A stretch of 64,000 nt of DNA from Candidatus Methanoperedenaceae archaeon (lineage in GTDB: Archaea > Halobacteriota > Methanosarcinia > Methanosarcinales > Methanoperedenaceae). The notes beneath the pieces are model-generated. The model was not told the DNA's origin. It searched no databases and saw only the letters and a list, made by a program, of their open reading frames with translations. The stretch covers positions 64,001-128,000 of the forward strand of contig CAVWCX010000007.1 in the NCBI GenBank assembly GCA_963753595.1, read 5' to 3'. The position numbers and the translations under genes are program-made. Below are positions 32,301 to 43,600 of this stretch, in pieces. Within the stretch, counting starts at the first letter, position 1; every line of letters begins with the position of its first letter.

Positions 32301-32570
32301 TTAATATAATAAATCATCGTTTAATTCCTTATGCAGGTAATAAACTGCAACAAAAATACCGAGTAATCCAAGCATCCATTCAATATATTTTATTGGCAAT
32401 ACAGGTTCGCCTGCGGAAAAATAAACATAACCTTCCATGTTTGCAAATATCCATGTAAAAAGGATCACGATCATGTAACTTATCAATGCCAAAAGACCAA
32501 GGATACGGAATATTTTATTTGGTGAATTTCCTTTTTGTCCTTCAAACGGATATTCATTATACTGATTCAC
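32301..32570 (-). CDS. Small membrane protein
   Basis: Two TM segments around GYVYFSAGEP. Confidence 0.6.
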   Translation of the reverse strand: MNQYNEYPFEGQKGNSPNKIFRILGLLALISYMIVILFTWIFANMEGYVYFSAGEPVLPIKYIEWMLGLLGIFVAVYYLHKELNDDLLY

Positions 32571-32768
32571 AACCGTACTTTCTTCCGTGGTATATTAAAG
32601 TTAACTACTTGTAATAATGATGAGCACCATAGATTATTATCGGTGTGCCTTTATTTCCAAAACAATCACCTTCATATCCAGCAACCATAATGAACGAAAA
32701 ATGATGCCAGTGACGAACCTGCAATATTAATTATAAATAGTTGCATCTTCAATTAGCATGTTCAACAC

Positions 32769-34046
32769 ATGAAACTGACAATCAATAGATCCGAAGTAAA
32801 AGGCACAGTTAATGCTCCACCATCAAAAAGCTACACTCACAGGGCTATTGCCATCGCAGCCCTCTCAAAAAAAGCAACGGTTCATAATCCACTGATCTCA
32901 GAGGATACAAAAGCTACTATAAGGGCCACTGAAGCTTTCGGAGCGACTGTTGAATCAAAAAACGATTCTCTGCTTATTACAGGATTTGACGGGAAATTAA
33001 AAATTCCGGATAATGTGCTGGATGTTGCAAATTCAGGCACTACACTTCGGATAATGACGGCAGTATCCTCTCTTGTTGATGGGGCTACCGTACTTACCGG
33101 GGACGCAAGCATAAGGACAAGACCTAATACGCCGCTTCTTAATGCTCTCAATGATCTTGGGGCAGTGGTATTTTCTACGCGCAATAATGGTCTTGCTCCA
33201 ATAGTTGTCAGGGGCAAAATGAAGGGGGGAAAAGTCCAAATTGATGGTTCAATGAGTTCGCAGTTCATTTCCGCACTTCTGATCGCATGCCCTTTTGCTG
33301 AAAATGAAACCACCGTTTTGATAAAAGGTGAATTGAAATCACGGCCGTATGTTAATATTACAATTGATATGCTAAAAGATGCAGGAGCAAGCATTACTGT
33401 CGATGAAAAAGCCAATTCATTCACTATACCCCCAAAACAGAAGTATGATATGAGGTCATATAATGTTCCAGGGGATTTTTCCTCAGCTTCCTATATGATT
33501 GCAGCAGGAGCGCTATGCGGGGATGTCACTATTAAAAACCTGTACCCTTCACAGCAGGGCGATTCTGCTTTGATAGGAATACTTGAAAAAATGGGAGCAC
33601 AAATCTCATGGGATCGGAAAAATGGAGTTGTCAAAGTAAGCAAAAGCGAGCTTTCCGGAATCAAAGTTGATGTGGGAAAGACTCCGGACCTGGTTCCTAC
33701 GCTTGCTGTTCTCGGGGCAGCTTCTGGCGGGCAAATGGTCATTGAGAATGCCGAACACGTAAGATACAAGGAAACTGACCGCCTTCATGCAATGACAGTT
33801 GAACTAAAAAAAATGGGTGTGGATATTACAGAGGAAAAAGACAGGCTGATAATCAAAGGCGGGAAATTAAAAGGGGCCAAAGTGCATGGCTGGGATGACC
33901 ACAGGATCGTAATGGCGCTTGCCGTGGCGGGAATGGTTGCAGGTGAAACTACCATCGATACAATAGAATCCGTGAGTATTTCATACCCGGGGTTCTTTGA
34001 GGATTTGAGAAAGAGCGGTGCGGTTATTGATTTACCCCAAAAATAA
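32769..34046 (+). CDS. aroA: EPSP synthase
   Basis: PPSKSYTHRA, NSGTTLR, SSQFISALL, KETDR and DDHRI motifs. Confidence 0.97.
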   Translation: MKLTINRSEVKGTVNAPPSKSYTHRAIAIAALSKKATVHNPLISEDTKATIRATEAFGATVESKNDSLLITGFDGKLKIPDNVLDVANSGTTLRIMTAVSSLVDGATVLTGDASIRTRPNTPLLNALNDLGAVVFSTRNNGLAPIVVRGKMKGGKVQIDGSMSSQFISALLIACPFAENETTVLIKGELKSRPYVNITIDMLKDAGASITVDEKANSFTIPPKQKYDMRSYNVPGDFSSASYMIAAGALCGDVTIKNLYPSQQGDSALIGILEKMGAQISWDRKNGVVKVSKSELSGIKVDVGKTPDLVPTLAVLGAASGGQMVIENAEHVRYKETDRLHAMTVELKKMGVDITEEKDRLIIKGGKLKGAKVHGWDDHRIVMALAVAGMVAGETTIDTIESVSISYPGFFEDLRKSGAVIDLPQK

Positions 34047-34131
34047 ATTAATAAATAAATTTATATTCTGGCAATTGATCAACCTGAAGACGATATATTT
34101 TAATACATCTTTGCATGTAGGGGAGGGATAT

Positions 34132-34241
34132 GCCCAGGTGGCCTAGTTGGTTAGGGCGCCAGACTCATAGGGTAAATTTGAAGAGGCGCTTGAGTCTCCT
34201 GAGAAATCTGGAGGTCACGGGTTCGGATCCCGTCCTGGGCA
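34132..34241 (+). tRNA. tRNA-CAT (probably elongator Met) with a 36-nt intron at 37/38 (34170-34205)
   Basis: GCCCAGG/CCTGGGC acceptor stem, CCAGA/TCTGG anticodon stem, CAT at 34166-34168, GGTTCGGATCC T-arm, and a bulge-helix-bulge (CTCA/TGAG helix, TAG and AAA bulges). Confidence 0.95.
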
Positions 34242-34595
34242 TAATATAAAATGTTTTATTCCTGTCTAATTACGGCTTCAACCATCGGTCAAAAAGCCCG
34301 GATAAAGCCTCGGCTGAGGTGAAAATCAGGGGCCAATAAATGACCCCAGTAATCCAACGGGTATCGAACCCTTCAATTTTATTCGTGGATAAGTTCCACG
34401 CTCAAAACTACTCACCATAGCTAAGAACGGCTTTTGGTCGTCAGCGAATGACGTCGCCGGTTGAACAATATTCAATTGTATTTAATGAAATATAAACTTA
34501 ACTAATTGGTTCTGGAACATATATTCGTTCATTTGAAATTATCGTTCAATCCTCGAATTGTTTTACTTAGTTGAGTGGTTTTTTCCATTCGATAA

Positions 34596-37500
34596 TCATT
34601 CTTCCATATTATCATTGATTAGCCATTGATAATTCGCTCCTATATCATTGATAGGCCCAAAGTGAATTCCCGTGGTATAACCAACAAGATGGTTCTGGCG
34701 TATGATCATCATCTTACCAATGTACCCATGCACTCGTATTCCATCAATATTTAACTCCCCGGTGAGGCCAGTCCGCACAACGCTGGCAAAATTGTTCTGT
34801 ATAATAAGACTATTGCAATTCCCAACGAAGATCCCGTGCCGTTCACGGGTTCCATAAGGTGGCAACAGAACATCTATATTATTGTTTATGATATGCACAA
34901 TCCCTGCACTATCGTGTGTATCGGGAGTTACCCCGCGATGGCTTATGCCAACATGGATACCCTGGATGACTCCTTTTATCCTGTTACTAATAATATTAAC
35001 ATCGCCTGCGCTGCTCCCACCGATAACTATTCCCTGCGATCCTGCTTCCACGTTTAATTTTTCAAGCTCATCATACCATATTTTGAATTGGTCATATTTT
35101 TCTCTATAATTCACATTGAGCAAAACCCGATCAGCGACATGGACCAAATGGAAGAGTAGGTCACGGTCATTTTGAACTCCTTTAGGTTCATTTTTCCTTA
35201 ACCATTCGTTCCATGCATTAACAAGTAATTCGCCTGGTCTGAACTCTACGAAACCATTGCCAGCTTCAATACGAACAACATTTGTATCCTCGAAGACCTT
35301 ATCAGGTTTTCCAAGGTGCGCTGCCGGAATCATCAGGCTTCGAATTGCAGATCTGTATCTTTCGTTCCGTAACAACACATCCAAAGGCAGACTTTCTGGC
35401 ATTTTGCTGACATTTAAAACATTGTCCTCAACATGAGCGCTCTGGACATTAATAAGAAGGATTCCCACCTGCATAAGTCCAATGTGAAGGTCGCAGTTAT
35501 GTATGTGTACGGATTCTACCAGTTTTATCTTTTCATATATGTATAGCTTCTCTGTTTTCTTATCTTCCATTGCAATGAATTTATCGGTTCTACCATCGCT
35601 GATTATTACGGATACCTCTGTTTTGGCTTGATTAAGTTCTAAAGAAATAGTAATTGTTTCAAAATATACTGTTATTTTATTTATACCAATTTTATTAATT
35701 TTTTCCATATCTTCATTAATACTATATTTTTTCTGTAGAAATTCCACGAATTCTTTACCATCGACTCCTGGAATAGCATACCAGCTAAACGAATCCCTTT
35801 TTTCATGGGGATCATAATCAACGGCATCTCGAACATTGATGCATGAAGCCGCTCTTTCAGTACCTGCAGCACAAGTAAGCTCAACATCCTTGATTGTAAC
35901 CTTAGGGCATGCACAAAAGGTAAGTGTTCCATTCAGGGAGTTCAATTTTATTTTCTTGTCAAAGCCGGCAACTCCGCTTTCACCACACATGTCTTTGATC
36001 ACGACGCTTTTACATTCTTCGAATTGGAATATTGTTTCGCCCTCGAGTATTTTGATAATTGTACCTGTGCCGCTTCCACTGATCCTGATATGCCCTTTAT
36101 TTTTTAATACAATTGGTTTATAGGTAACAAATTCACCGATCTGGAAGCATATATTTGCATCCTGCTCGTCTTCTATAGTTTTAAATACGTCTTCCCAATC
36201 TTTTCGAGGCTCGATCACATGGGTACATATGCCCTGGCGATCTTTGCATAATTTGTTCAATGCGTCCTGCACTGTTATTATACTAATGTCTTCTTTTAGT
36301 TTTTTGCAAAGATCGTCATTCTTTTCGATCGGAAGGTCATCAGCATTGAATCTACATAGCAGCGCATCGAGAATATCCTTAACCTTTGAATCTGAACTGG
36401 CAGGGATATTTAATAGAGACCTGACCGTTGGATCAGCTGTCCCGTCGCAAGACGGACGGTAAGGGATATCGCTGCTGTCCAGATTCGCAACCAGGTCATC
36501 CAGGGCATTCTGCACCGTATATGGCAGAGACATACCGGAATCGGGAATTTCATTAATATCCTTCCACCGGTCTTCTTGTATTAAGGGATCATATGGAATA
36601 TCACCGCTATCCAGGTTTGCAACGAGGTTATCCAGGGCATCCTGCACCGTATATGGCAGAGACGTACCAGGTTTGGGAATTTCATTAATATCCTTCCACC
36701 GGTCTTCTTGTATTACGGGATTATATGGAATCTCCCCGGCTTCCAGTTCGCACAGGAGGGTATCCAGCACATCCTTAACAGTTGTATTCTCTGCATCATC
36801 TTTTGGCCAACTTTTTATCTTATCTATAAGAAGCTTCTGAACTGTAGGAATATCATTGCTGGTAAGTATATTTGTACAACCAGGCGGTTTATAGGCTACC
36901 TCGCTGGCCACGCTGAGGTTTGCATTGAAACGGATAGGTATATTGACAGATTTATCGCAGGCATCACGCAGCGTTGCCTCCACCTGCTGACCCTGTGTCG
37001 TTTTGTCAAGCACCCACCTGCAGGTTGCGATTCCCTCCTCGTCTGTATAAACATCAATAAAATCTTTCGGCAATCCGACTTTACCCATGATGGTGCCTTT
37101 CCCAATTGTGATCTGGAAACGCACCTTTGCATTCGTTACATATTGTTTTCCATTGGCTACTCCGACCTGTAGATATCCGGGAAGCTCTTCACCTGGCATT
37201 GCCTCCTGCCCGTCGCCGCAGACATGGAAGAAACTGGTAAGCTCTGTCACTGCAGGGAAAAGCCTGCGGCAGTCGCTGAGAAGCTCCCATTTATTATCGC
37301 TATCTTGCTTCAGCACTGCCAGGCGGCAGTAATGGTGCCTTATGCCTTCAGGCGGCTCTGGTTTTGGTTTTTTGGTTTCATCCATTGGCCATTCAATCTT
37401 CTCTGTCGCGGTGCGGGCCGGGATCAGCCAGTAATCTCCAGCCCTGAAGCTTGTCCCTGAGAACTGCACAAATATACCATCTTCAAGCTCGATAGAATCA

Positions 37501-38528
37501 TGCCCTGTGGCAGGCTTTACTGATATGGCATCGCTTCCCATGTCCCAGCGGCGGACCTTTGGGTGTCGCTTCAAATCTCCTGAAACGGCCTGGTTCAGTG
37601 TGATTATGCGCCCTGCTACATCAGGGGACTCGGTAATGTACGTGAGAGTTCCTGCCGGATTATCTGATAATTCCGTGACATCATCCAGCACTTCAACCCA
37701 ATCGTCTGTTTTCAATGAAAGTGTTTTGTCCTTCCCGAGTTGTTTAACTTTCAGTTTGGTAAGCTTGTCATTTGTATCTTTTATAAACTCTTCGATAGCG
37801 AATACAACCGAACCGTTGTCACGCGACCATTTGAACGTTGCATCTTTAAGTTCACCACCCTTATGGATTTCTACGCGATAGAGCTGGTTTTCAAGCCCAC
37901 GGTAGCCCGCGCCCGGAGAAACACTGCATGGGTTTTTACTCGGAGTCACCTTCTTTGTGAAGGCAGTAAGCTGTGCACCACTTCCAGCGGTGATATTTTT
38001 CCATTCTTGTATGATCGGCTTGCAGTCCACCACAGTTGAAACCTTATAATCCTTTAATGGGTTAAGTTTCACCTGCCAGACCGTTTTGGTTCTTGTGGAT
38101 GTATCCGGTCCCCCAAGTGCGACTTCGCGGATCTGTGGGTCTTCTATCGCAGTCATGTGGCGTTGCCATACATCCAGGTATGCCAGGTAAACACCCTCAC
38201 CGGGCAAATTGGAGAAACCAGGCAGATCATCCTGATCTAAGATATTGATATCTATGGAATTCTCACACAGGATTCCATCTACGTAGATTCTTCCCTCAGA
38301 TATTGTCAGGTTTTCTTTATCAGACGTAGGGTCTATCTTGAATCCACCGCCATCTTGCGGCGCACCGCATGGTCCAATGATATCGAGTGCTTCTTTCTCG
38401 ATTCGGTATGAATTTATATCGTTCTGTTCATTCCAGTCGGCATCAAGCTGGACGCGCCCCTGCTGCATGCGGACACTGCTATAATTTTTTTCAGGTTTAA
38501 ATGTGGATCGTGTAAAATCGCCTTTCAT
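34596..38528 (-). CDS. DUF6519-domain eCIS protein, putative fibre
   Basis: MKGDFTR...MQQGRVQLDADWNE, YRGLENQLYRVEIH, FKWSRDNGSV, GDYWLIPAR; C-terminal beta-helix-like region; GGAGGT RBS before ATG 38528. Confidence 0.85.
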   Translation of the reverse strand: MKGDFTRSTFKPEKNYSSVRMQQGRVQLDADWNEQNDINSYRIEKEALDIIGPCGAPQDGGGFKIDPTSDKENLTISEGRIYVDGILCENSIDINILDQDDLPGFSNLPGEGVYLAYLDVWQRHMTAIEDPQIREVALGGPDTSTRTKTVWQVKLNPLKDYKVSTVVDCKPIIQEWKNITAGSGAQLTAFTKKVTPSKNPCSVSPGAGYRGLENQLYRVEIHKGGELKDATFKWSRDNGSVVFAIEEFIKDTNDKLTKLKVKQLGKDKTLSLKTDDWVEVLDDVTELSDNPAGTLTYITESPDVAGRIITLNQAVSGDLKRHPKVRRWDMGSDAISVKPATGHDSIELEDGIFVQFSGTSFRAGDYWLIPARTATEKIEWPMDETKKPKPEPPEGIRHHYCRLAVLKQDSDNKWELLSDCRRLFPAVTELTSFFHVCGDGQEAMPGEELPGYLQVGVANGKQYVTNAKVRFQITIGKGTIMGKVGLPKDFIDVYTDEEGIATCRWVLDKTTQGQQVEATLRDACDKSVNIPIRFNANLSVASEVAYKPPGCTNILTSNDIPTVQKLLIDKIKSWPKDDAENTTVKDVLDTLLCELEAGEIPYNPVIQEDRWKDINEIPKPGTSLPYTVQDALDNLVANLDSGDIPYDPLIQEDRWKDINEIPDSGMSLPYTVQNALDDLVANLDSSDIPYRPSCDGTADPTVRSLLNIPASSDSKVKDILDALLCRFNADDLPIEKNDDLCKKLKEDISIITVQDALNKLCKDRQGICTHVIEPRKDWEDVFKTIEDEQDANICFQIGEFVTYKPIVLKNKGHIRISGSGTGTIIKILEGETIFQFEECKSVVIKDMCGESGVAGFDKKIKLNSLNGTLTFCACPKVTIKDVELTCAAGTERAASCINVRDAVDYDPHEKRDSFSWYAIPGVDGKEFVEFLQKKYSINEDMEKINKIGINKITVYFETITISLELNQAKTEVSVIISDGRTDKFIAMEDKKTEKLYIYEKIKLVESVHIHNCDLHIGLMQVGILLINVQSAHVEDNVLNVSKMPESLPLDVLLRNERYRSAIRSLMIPAAHLGKPDKVFEDTNVVRIEAGNGFVEFRPGELLVNAWNEWLRKNEPKGVQNDRDLLFHLVHVADRVLLNVNYREKYDQFKIWYDELEKLNVEAGSQGIVIGGSSAGDVNIISNRIKGVIQGIHVGISHRGVTPDTHDSAGIVHIINNNIDVLLPPYGTRERHGIFVGNCNSLIIQNNFASVVRTGLTGELNIDGIRVHGYIGKMMIIRQNHLVGYTTGIHFGPINDIGANYQWLINDNMEE
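36460..36733 (-). repeat. 132-bp (44-aa) tandem repeat in the DUF6519 gene
   Basis: IPY(N/D)P.IQEDRWKDINEIP...SLPYTVQ.ALD.LVANLDS occurs twice. Confidence 0.85.
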
Positions 38529-38547
38529 ATAATTACCTCCTTTTTTA

Positions 38548-40686
38548 TCAAGTGACATAAAATATACCAGCCTCAAGTCCGACGCGCATGTATTCCTCAA
38601 GGCTTGCGCGCAGGTTTGCCTCCCGCTGTGGCTGTTGTAAATGGTGGAATACACCCATCTCTGCCTCATCTTGTGCCCCCTCCCGGATCTCTACAGGGCA
38701 TTGCAAATATAACTGGGCATAACCGGGGTGACCGTAACCCAGGTCTGTAAAGATTGGTTTCAGCCGTACCGCTATTTCATTTTCAATTTGATTCCTTATC
38801 TTCTCCTCAAGTTCTTTCTGTTCTTGAGGCGTCATTCCCGATTTCTTCTTCAGTGCAGCATCAAGCTCTTTTTTTACGGCGTTCTGTATTGCAGTATCAG
38901 AGTTCTTTATTACAGTATCAGGCTGGCAGCGGTACTGGCGTGGAACCTTTGATCCTTTCGGGAAATAACTGAAACGCATACATCCTTCCTGGTTTCTATC
39001 TGCAATCACTTCTCCTGTAAAAATGCTGTTGCTGCCGAGCTTGAAGGACTGTACCGAAACGTTGCCAAGGACGGTGCTCTCTTCTATGACAACCGAAGGA
39101 CCTTTAATTGCAGAACCGCCTAACCCGTCTATAATACTGTCCTTGATAGATAAACGGTATGTACCTTCAAGATTAAGGCTCCCTGTAATAGACCGGTTGA
39201 CTGTAACATCAAGATGTAAATTTCCCTTGAGCGATTCCTTTCCCACAGATTTGGGAGTGGAATCAATATAAAGGTCAATCCCGGGTACCAGGGTGGAATG
39301 CAGCACTTGCAGAGACCCCAGGTCGCCGTCAAGGATATTTATATTGCCACCTGTGATTAGTAATCCGTCGATTATCATCTGACCGCCAGGCTGGTCTTTT
39401 TTAGCTTTATCCCCTTTGATGGTGAGAGTGCCAGCCAGGCGAATGATCGGACGCTCTCCATTGTCTGCCCTGATTTCAAGCGTTATGCCTGCTGGTATGT
39501 TAAACTCAAGTTTTGTATCTTCTTTAAATATATTGCTGTCTTTTATGGAAAATACTGCATCCGGGCGTTGATCTGCCTCCCAGGAAGAGATTGCATCTTT
39601 AATAGTATTTATAAACCCCGGTGATTTAGCGATATTATACTGCTTAATACCTGCATTGGTCTGCCTTATGCCTGTACGGCGGTCGTAAAAACCACCGCCT
39701 ACCTCGCTGCTAAAGCCGTAATAATATGTGACCTGAACATCTGATGGTGGAACCGCGTATGAAAAAGCTATTCGTCCAAGGACCGGATCAACTGCGACCA
39801 TACCATCCGGCGGCAGGTGTTCCCAACCGCTCAAGTCGCAGGGGACTATCTCATCAGCCGGGATGTCCCTGCCGTCTGCCCTGATATGGATGCTTTTATC
39901 CTTACCATAGTATAATTCCTTAGAGGTATAAAAAGCCCGGCGGCGTATCGGGGAAGGTACGTTTACCTCCCCGGCAAGATGGGTGGGGTTTTGTTCTGTC
40001 ACCGGATGGTTGAAAAGCTGGATATCATTGCCAAGCTGGCTGAAACTGAACCGCCCTTTACTGTGCAAAAACGCCGGTGCCTCTCTCACCGGGTATGCCT
40101 GCAAGCGCCACAAATATATGCCGATATTCATGATGTTGTATTTTCCCCTCCTGTTCTCAATATGGCGGACTTCGGCTGTATGGGCGACAGTATCAAAAGG
40201 AGTATCAAGAAGCTCTAATTTTTCACCATCGCGTATATCAGGCGAACGGTGATTATCCAACCGTATGTGATTGATATATTGCGTGGTCCCGAGCAGTTTG
40301 AAGAACTCAACTACCCTTGCATCCCATCCTGTTGTATCATGCGCCAGTTGCTCAAGCATCGAGGCTGTGCCTTTACGCCTGCGGTAACCCAGTGTATTTG
40401 CGACCCGGGCGCGCTGGCTGAACGTAGCTTTTTCGCTGATGGGATGAAGGTTCCTCACGCCCAGCAGGTTACCAATGTAGGGTACGACCCACTCGTCGCA
40501 GGTTTCTATGAACCAGTTATCGTAGAGCCGGGCAATATCCTCATCCATCACATCAGCCTGCTGTGCGAGGACTTCCATGAATGCCTTCAGGACTTCTCCA
40601 TTCTCTGAAACTTCTCCGTTCTCTGAATCACGGATCCTGTAGATTGCGGGCAATAACTGGTAAAGTTTATCTGCGCTGTAGCTCAA
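38548..40686 (-). CDS. eCIS baseplate wedge / tail protein I-like
   Basis: LYQLLPAIYRIRD, FIETCDEWVVPYIG.LLG, RRRKGT and VDPVLGRI motifs. Confidence 0.8.
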   Translation of the reverse strand: MSYSADKLYQLLPAIYRIRDSENGEVSENGEVLKAFMEVLAQQADVMDEDIARLYDNWFIETCDEWVVPYIGNLLGVRNLHPISEKATFSQRARVANTLGYRRRKGTASMLEQLAHDTTGWDARVVEFFKLLGTTQYINHIRLDNHRSPDIRDGEKLELLDTPFDTVAHTAEVRHIENRRGKYNIMNIGIYLWRLQAYPVREAPAFLHSKGRFSFSQLGNDIQLFNHPVTEQNPTHLAGEVNVPSPIRRRAFYTSKELYYGKDKSIHIRADGRDIPADEIVPCDLSGWEHLPPDGMVAVDPVLGRIAFSYAVPPSDVQVTYYYGFSSEVGGGFYDRRTGIRQTNAGIKQYNIAKSPGFINTIKDAISSWEADQRPDAVFSIKDSNIFKEDTKLEFNIPAGITLEIRADNGERPIIRLAGTLTIKGDKAKKDQPGGQMIIDGLLITGGNINILDGDLGSLQVLHSTLVPGIDLYIDSTPKSVGKESLKGNLHLDVTVNRSITGSLNLEGTYRLSIKDSIIDGLGGSAIKGPSVVIEESTVLGNVSVQSFKLGSNSIFTGEVIADRNQEGCMRFSYFPKGSKVPRQYRCQPDTVIKNSDTAIQNAVKKELDAALKKKSGMTPQEQKELEEKIRNQIENEIAVRLKPIFTDLGYGHPGYAQLYLQCPVEIREGAQDEAEMGVFHHLQQPQREANLRASLEEYMRVGLEAGIFYVT

Positions 40687-43600
40687 AGTCTCATCTCCGT
40701 TAATTCGATTCCCCCGGGATTCACGGTAAGGAGTTCGGCAAGTATTTGCCTGCTATTATCCAGACTTGCAATACCGGCTCCCAGGTAAGCTTTCAGCGCC
40801 GGCATATCCCCTTTCAGGTAGAGGGCATTCAGATCAACAGCTATAACCCCTTCTACTCCCTGCATTACTGCAAGCACCTCGCTCTCAGTGACCGCCTGCC
40901 CGAAGCTGCGCTGCTCGAATGAGAATGCCTGCTTCAGAACATCAGTGATAGCAACCAGGACCTTCTCTTTAATGTACCTGCTATCCACCTGCACACTTGC
41001 AGACAGGTTGAAGAAGAGTGGATTAAAAGAATCTATGCGGAACTGCTGTACAGGGTCCTTGGCTCCCTTGATACCAAGCCAGAGGTTCTTATATAGTTCT
41101 GACATCTTATCGACCATCCCTGCATCGGCTGAAGCGACGGTGATATGTACGAAGTGCACCTCGCCATCCCGGAGCCATGCAGCCCGGGCTTTTCCGATAC
41201 CGGCGAAGGCACGGGTAAAATCTTCAAAATCCTGCAATGATACGATGCGGTCAAGCGTGAGTACTTTCTGGGGCGCATTCTGTTTCGCCTGGTCGCGGGT
41301 TTCGGGGTCAGCTGCCCCTGTAGGAGCAAGTGGGTTAATAACTCCTTTCACACCCAGGGGGCGTGTCATCAGGAGGCTTAACTGGTTCGCTTTGACCATA
41401 CCCTGCATTCCGATACCAGTCCTGTAAGTAGCTGTAATATTTTCCTGCCCTGAAGTAAGCCTTGCTCCATTTTTTCCATCACCAAAGGTAAGGGTAGTAT
41501 TACCGTTATCATCTATGCGTATGATATGACCCTGGATGCGCGCATCCAGCCCGTAAAGGGAAGGCACTTCCTGCCATTTTACATCGTTTACCCTTACCTC
41601 AATTGTGCTTTCAGTGCCGCTTGGGGTCTTTGCAGATACATAGGTAAGAGGTTTTTTAAGCATAAAATGCTGGTTCGCCCGGGCACCGCTGCCGCTTCCC
41701 AGCACTTCGCGCACTGTTTCGCCGTGAGTGGCACGCGCCACATTGGCATAGATAGTCACTGTGGCGGGGTCATAGCAGTTCTGCATCCTCTGCTTGAGGA
41801 CAAGAATGGTTCCCGTTTCTGAGATCCCTTCAAGCTCTGCCGCTTCGCTGACAGCCGTATCCTGCGGTGCTGCAGGCATCTGCAGGATACTATCATGAAG
41901 TGCGGTCACCGAACCTGTGAATCCGTCCCTGTCCATCAATGTCCAGCGCAAATCAGTACCAATTTCAACCTGTGGCTCCAATACCTGGAGCACATCTCCT
42001 GGCCGGATGGTTTTTACTCTCTCGCCATCGGAGGATACAAGTTCAAGCCCGGCCCGTGTAACAAGGGCACGCATCCGCTTGCCGCTGATAATAAGGATCT
42101 TGCCTTTGTCAAGCCCGGATACAAGGTTACCAAGTTCAATTTCATTACCTGACAACAAATCGGTGCGCGGCGTTTCGGCAATGTCAAGTTGCTCGCTCTG
42201 GGCGAAGACAATGGTTTGCCGAAGATTATCAAAGTTATCAGAAATTTCTTCGTGTAGGGTCACCCGCGTTGTTTTTCCTGTCAATGTGAAATTGGATTGC
42301 GAATCTTCCACCACATTTTTAATTATATAAGGTTCTTTGTAATATGGAGAAGATAAAATCAACCAACTGTCTGGTAATATCTGCTGATAGACAGCATCTA
42401 AAAAAATATTCTTCTTATCCTGTGAGATTTTGAATCCTGGCCATTCATCGTATTTCTGATAAAAATCAGGTCGATAAAGATTAGCTTCAGGAATAATCTC
42501 ATTCTTATTATCGGGAGTTTGCCAGGACAGTTTGATTATCCCCTCACCAATACCTATGTGATAGTATTCCAGCTTAATATCGTAAATTTGTCCTTTCACA
42601 AGCGATATCGTTGCGCTGTCTTTTGTAGATCCGTGATCCGTCCAGTTATTGATAATCAATTTGCCATCCACCCATAACCTGGTCCCATCATCAGATTGAG
42701 TGTAAAACGTGTAGATCCCGGTAAACTCAGGCTTAACAAAACCTGTCCAGCGAGCTGAGAAGTTATTAAAGTTGACGGCAAGATCAGGAGAACTTGTACC
42801 CTGCCAGTTCACCTGAGTTTCTCTCTTTATCACTTTTGGACTTACCACATTTGGATTGATATTATTAAAATATTCTGCATACAAGCCTGTATCGCTGTTT
42901 GAGGGATTTATATAGTTTTTTTTAACATTGGCCGGCATTGTACGCCAGTCAGGTGCATTATATCCGAAAATGGACGCACGCAAACGAAAAGCATATATCT
43001 TGAGTTCCTCTTCCGTCGTTGTCAGTTCTTTATTCCAGGTTGCCTGTGTGCATCCAGCGGCTATATCAGCAGTAACGGCCTTCACTATTCGAAAATTGGG
43101 ATCACTGCCAGGGTACTTACCCATAAAGAGAAGGCCGTCCCCGGGTTTCAATCTTGTTGCGGTGCTTTTGAGATAAACCTCTTTGCTGCCCATAACCGGT
43201 ATTTTCTTCTCGGTCAGTCTCGGTTTCAATTCATTCCATGCCGCCCTTGCCTCTATCTTTTCGATAGTTTCAAAGGTCTGTGGTTTCTCGTTCTGCCCGG
43301 GAATGCTCATTACCTTTACACCTGTATCAATGGTTGCATAGCCCGGCGTGCCCGGGGCATTATCCAGGGTAAACGCCAGGAATGTACTTGCTGCAACACC
43401 GGGCTTGAGTTCATACCCGATGGCGCGGGCAAGCTCGATCACCGAACTTCGCTCAACAGCCGTGAGAAGGTTGCCCTCATTTGCAATTCTTTCCTGGTAA
43501 AAAGTGAGCACATCAAGCACGCAAGCCCATGCATCGATCAAAGCAATGGACGGATCGTCATCTTCCCTGATGGTCAATCCGCCAAGAGCCTTCAGGCTGG

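Noticed and set aside
34341-34375. Minus-strand GGGTTCGATACCCGT resembling a tRNA T-arm or att remnant
   Set aside because: Short, inverted relative to the tRNA and without a cloverleaf; no direct repeat of the tRNA 3' end was seen at the far side of the island.
34529-34600. Possible frameshifted extension of the DUF6519 C-terminus (...KTIRGLNDNFK in the +1 frame)
   Set aside because: Plausible but cannot be supported without a homolog alignment.
38529-38669. N-terminal extension of the 1357-aa ORF
   Set aside because: It overlaps the upstream gene; the conserved MKGDF start with an RBS is at 38528.
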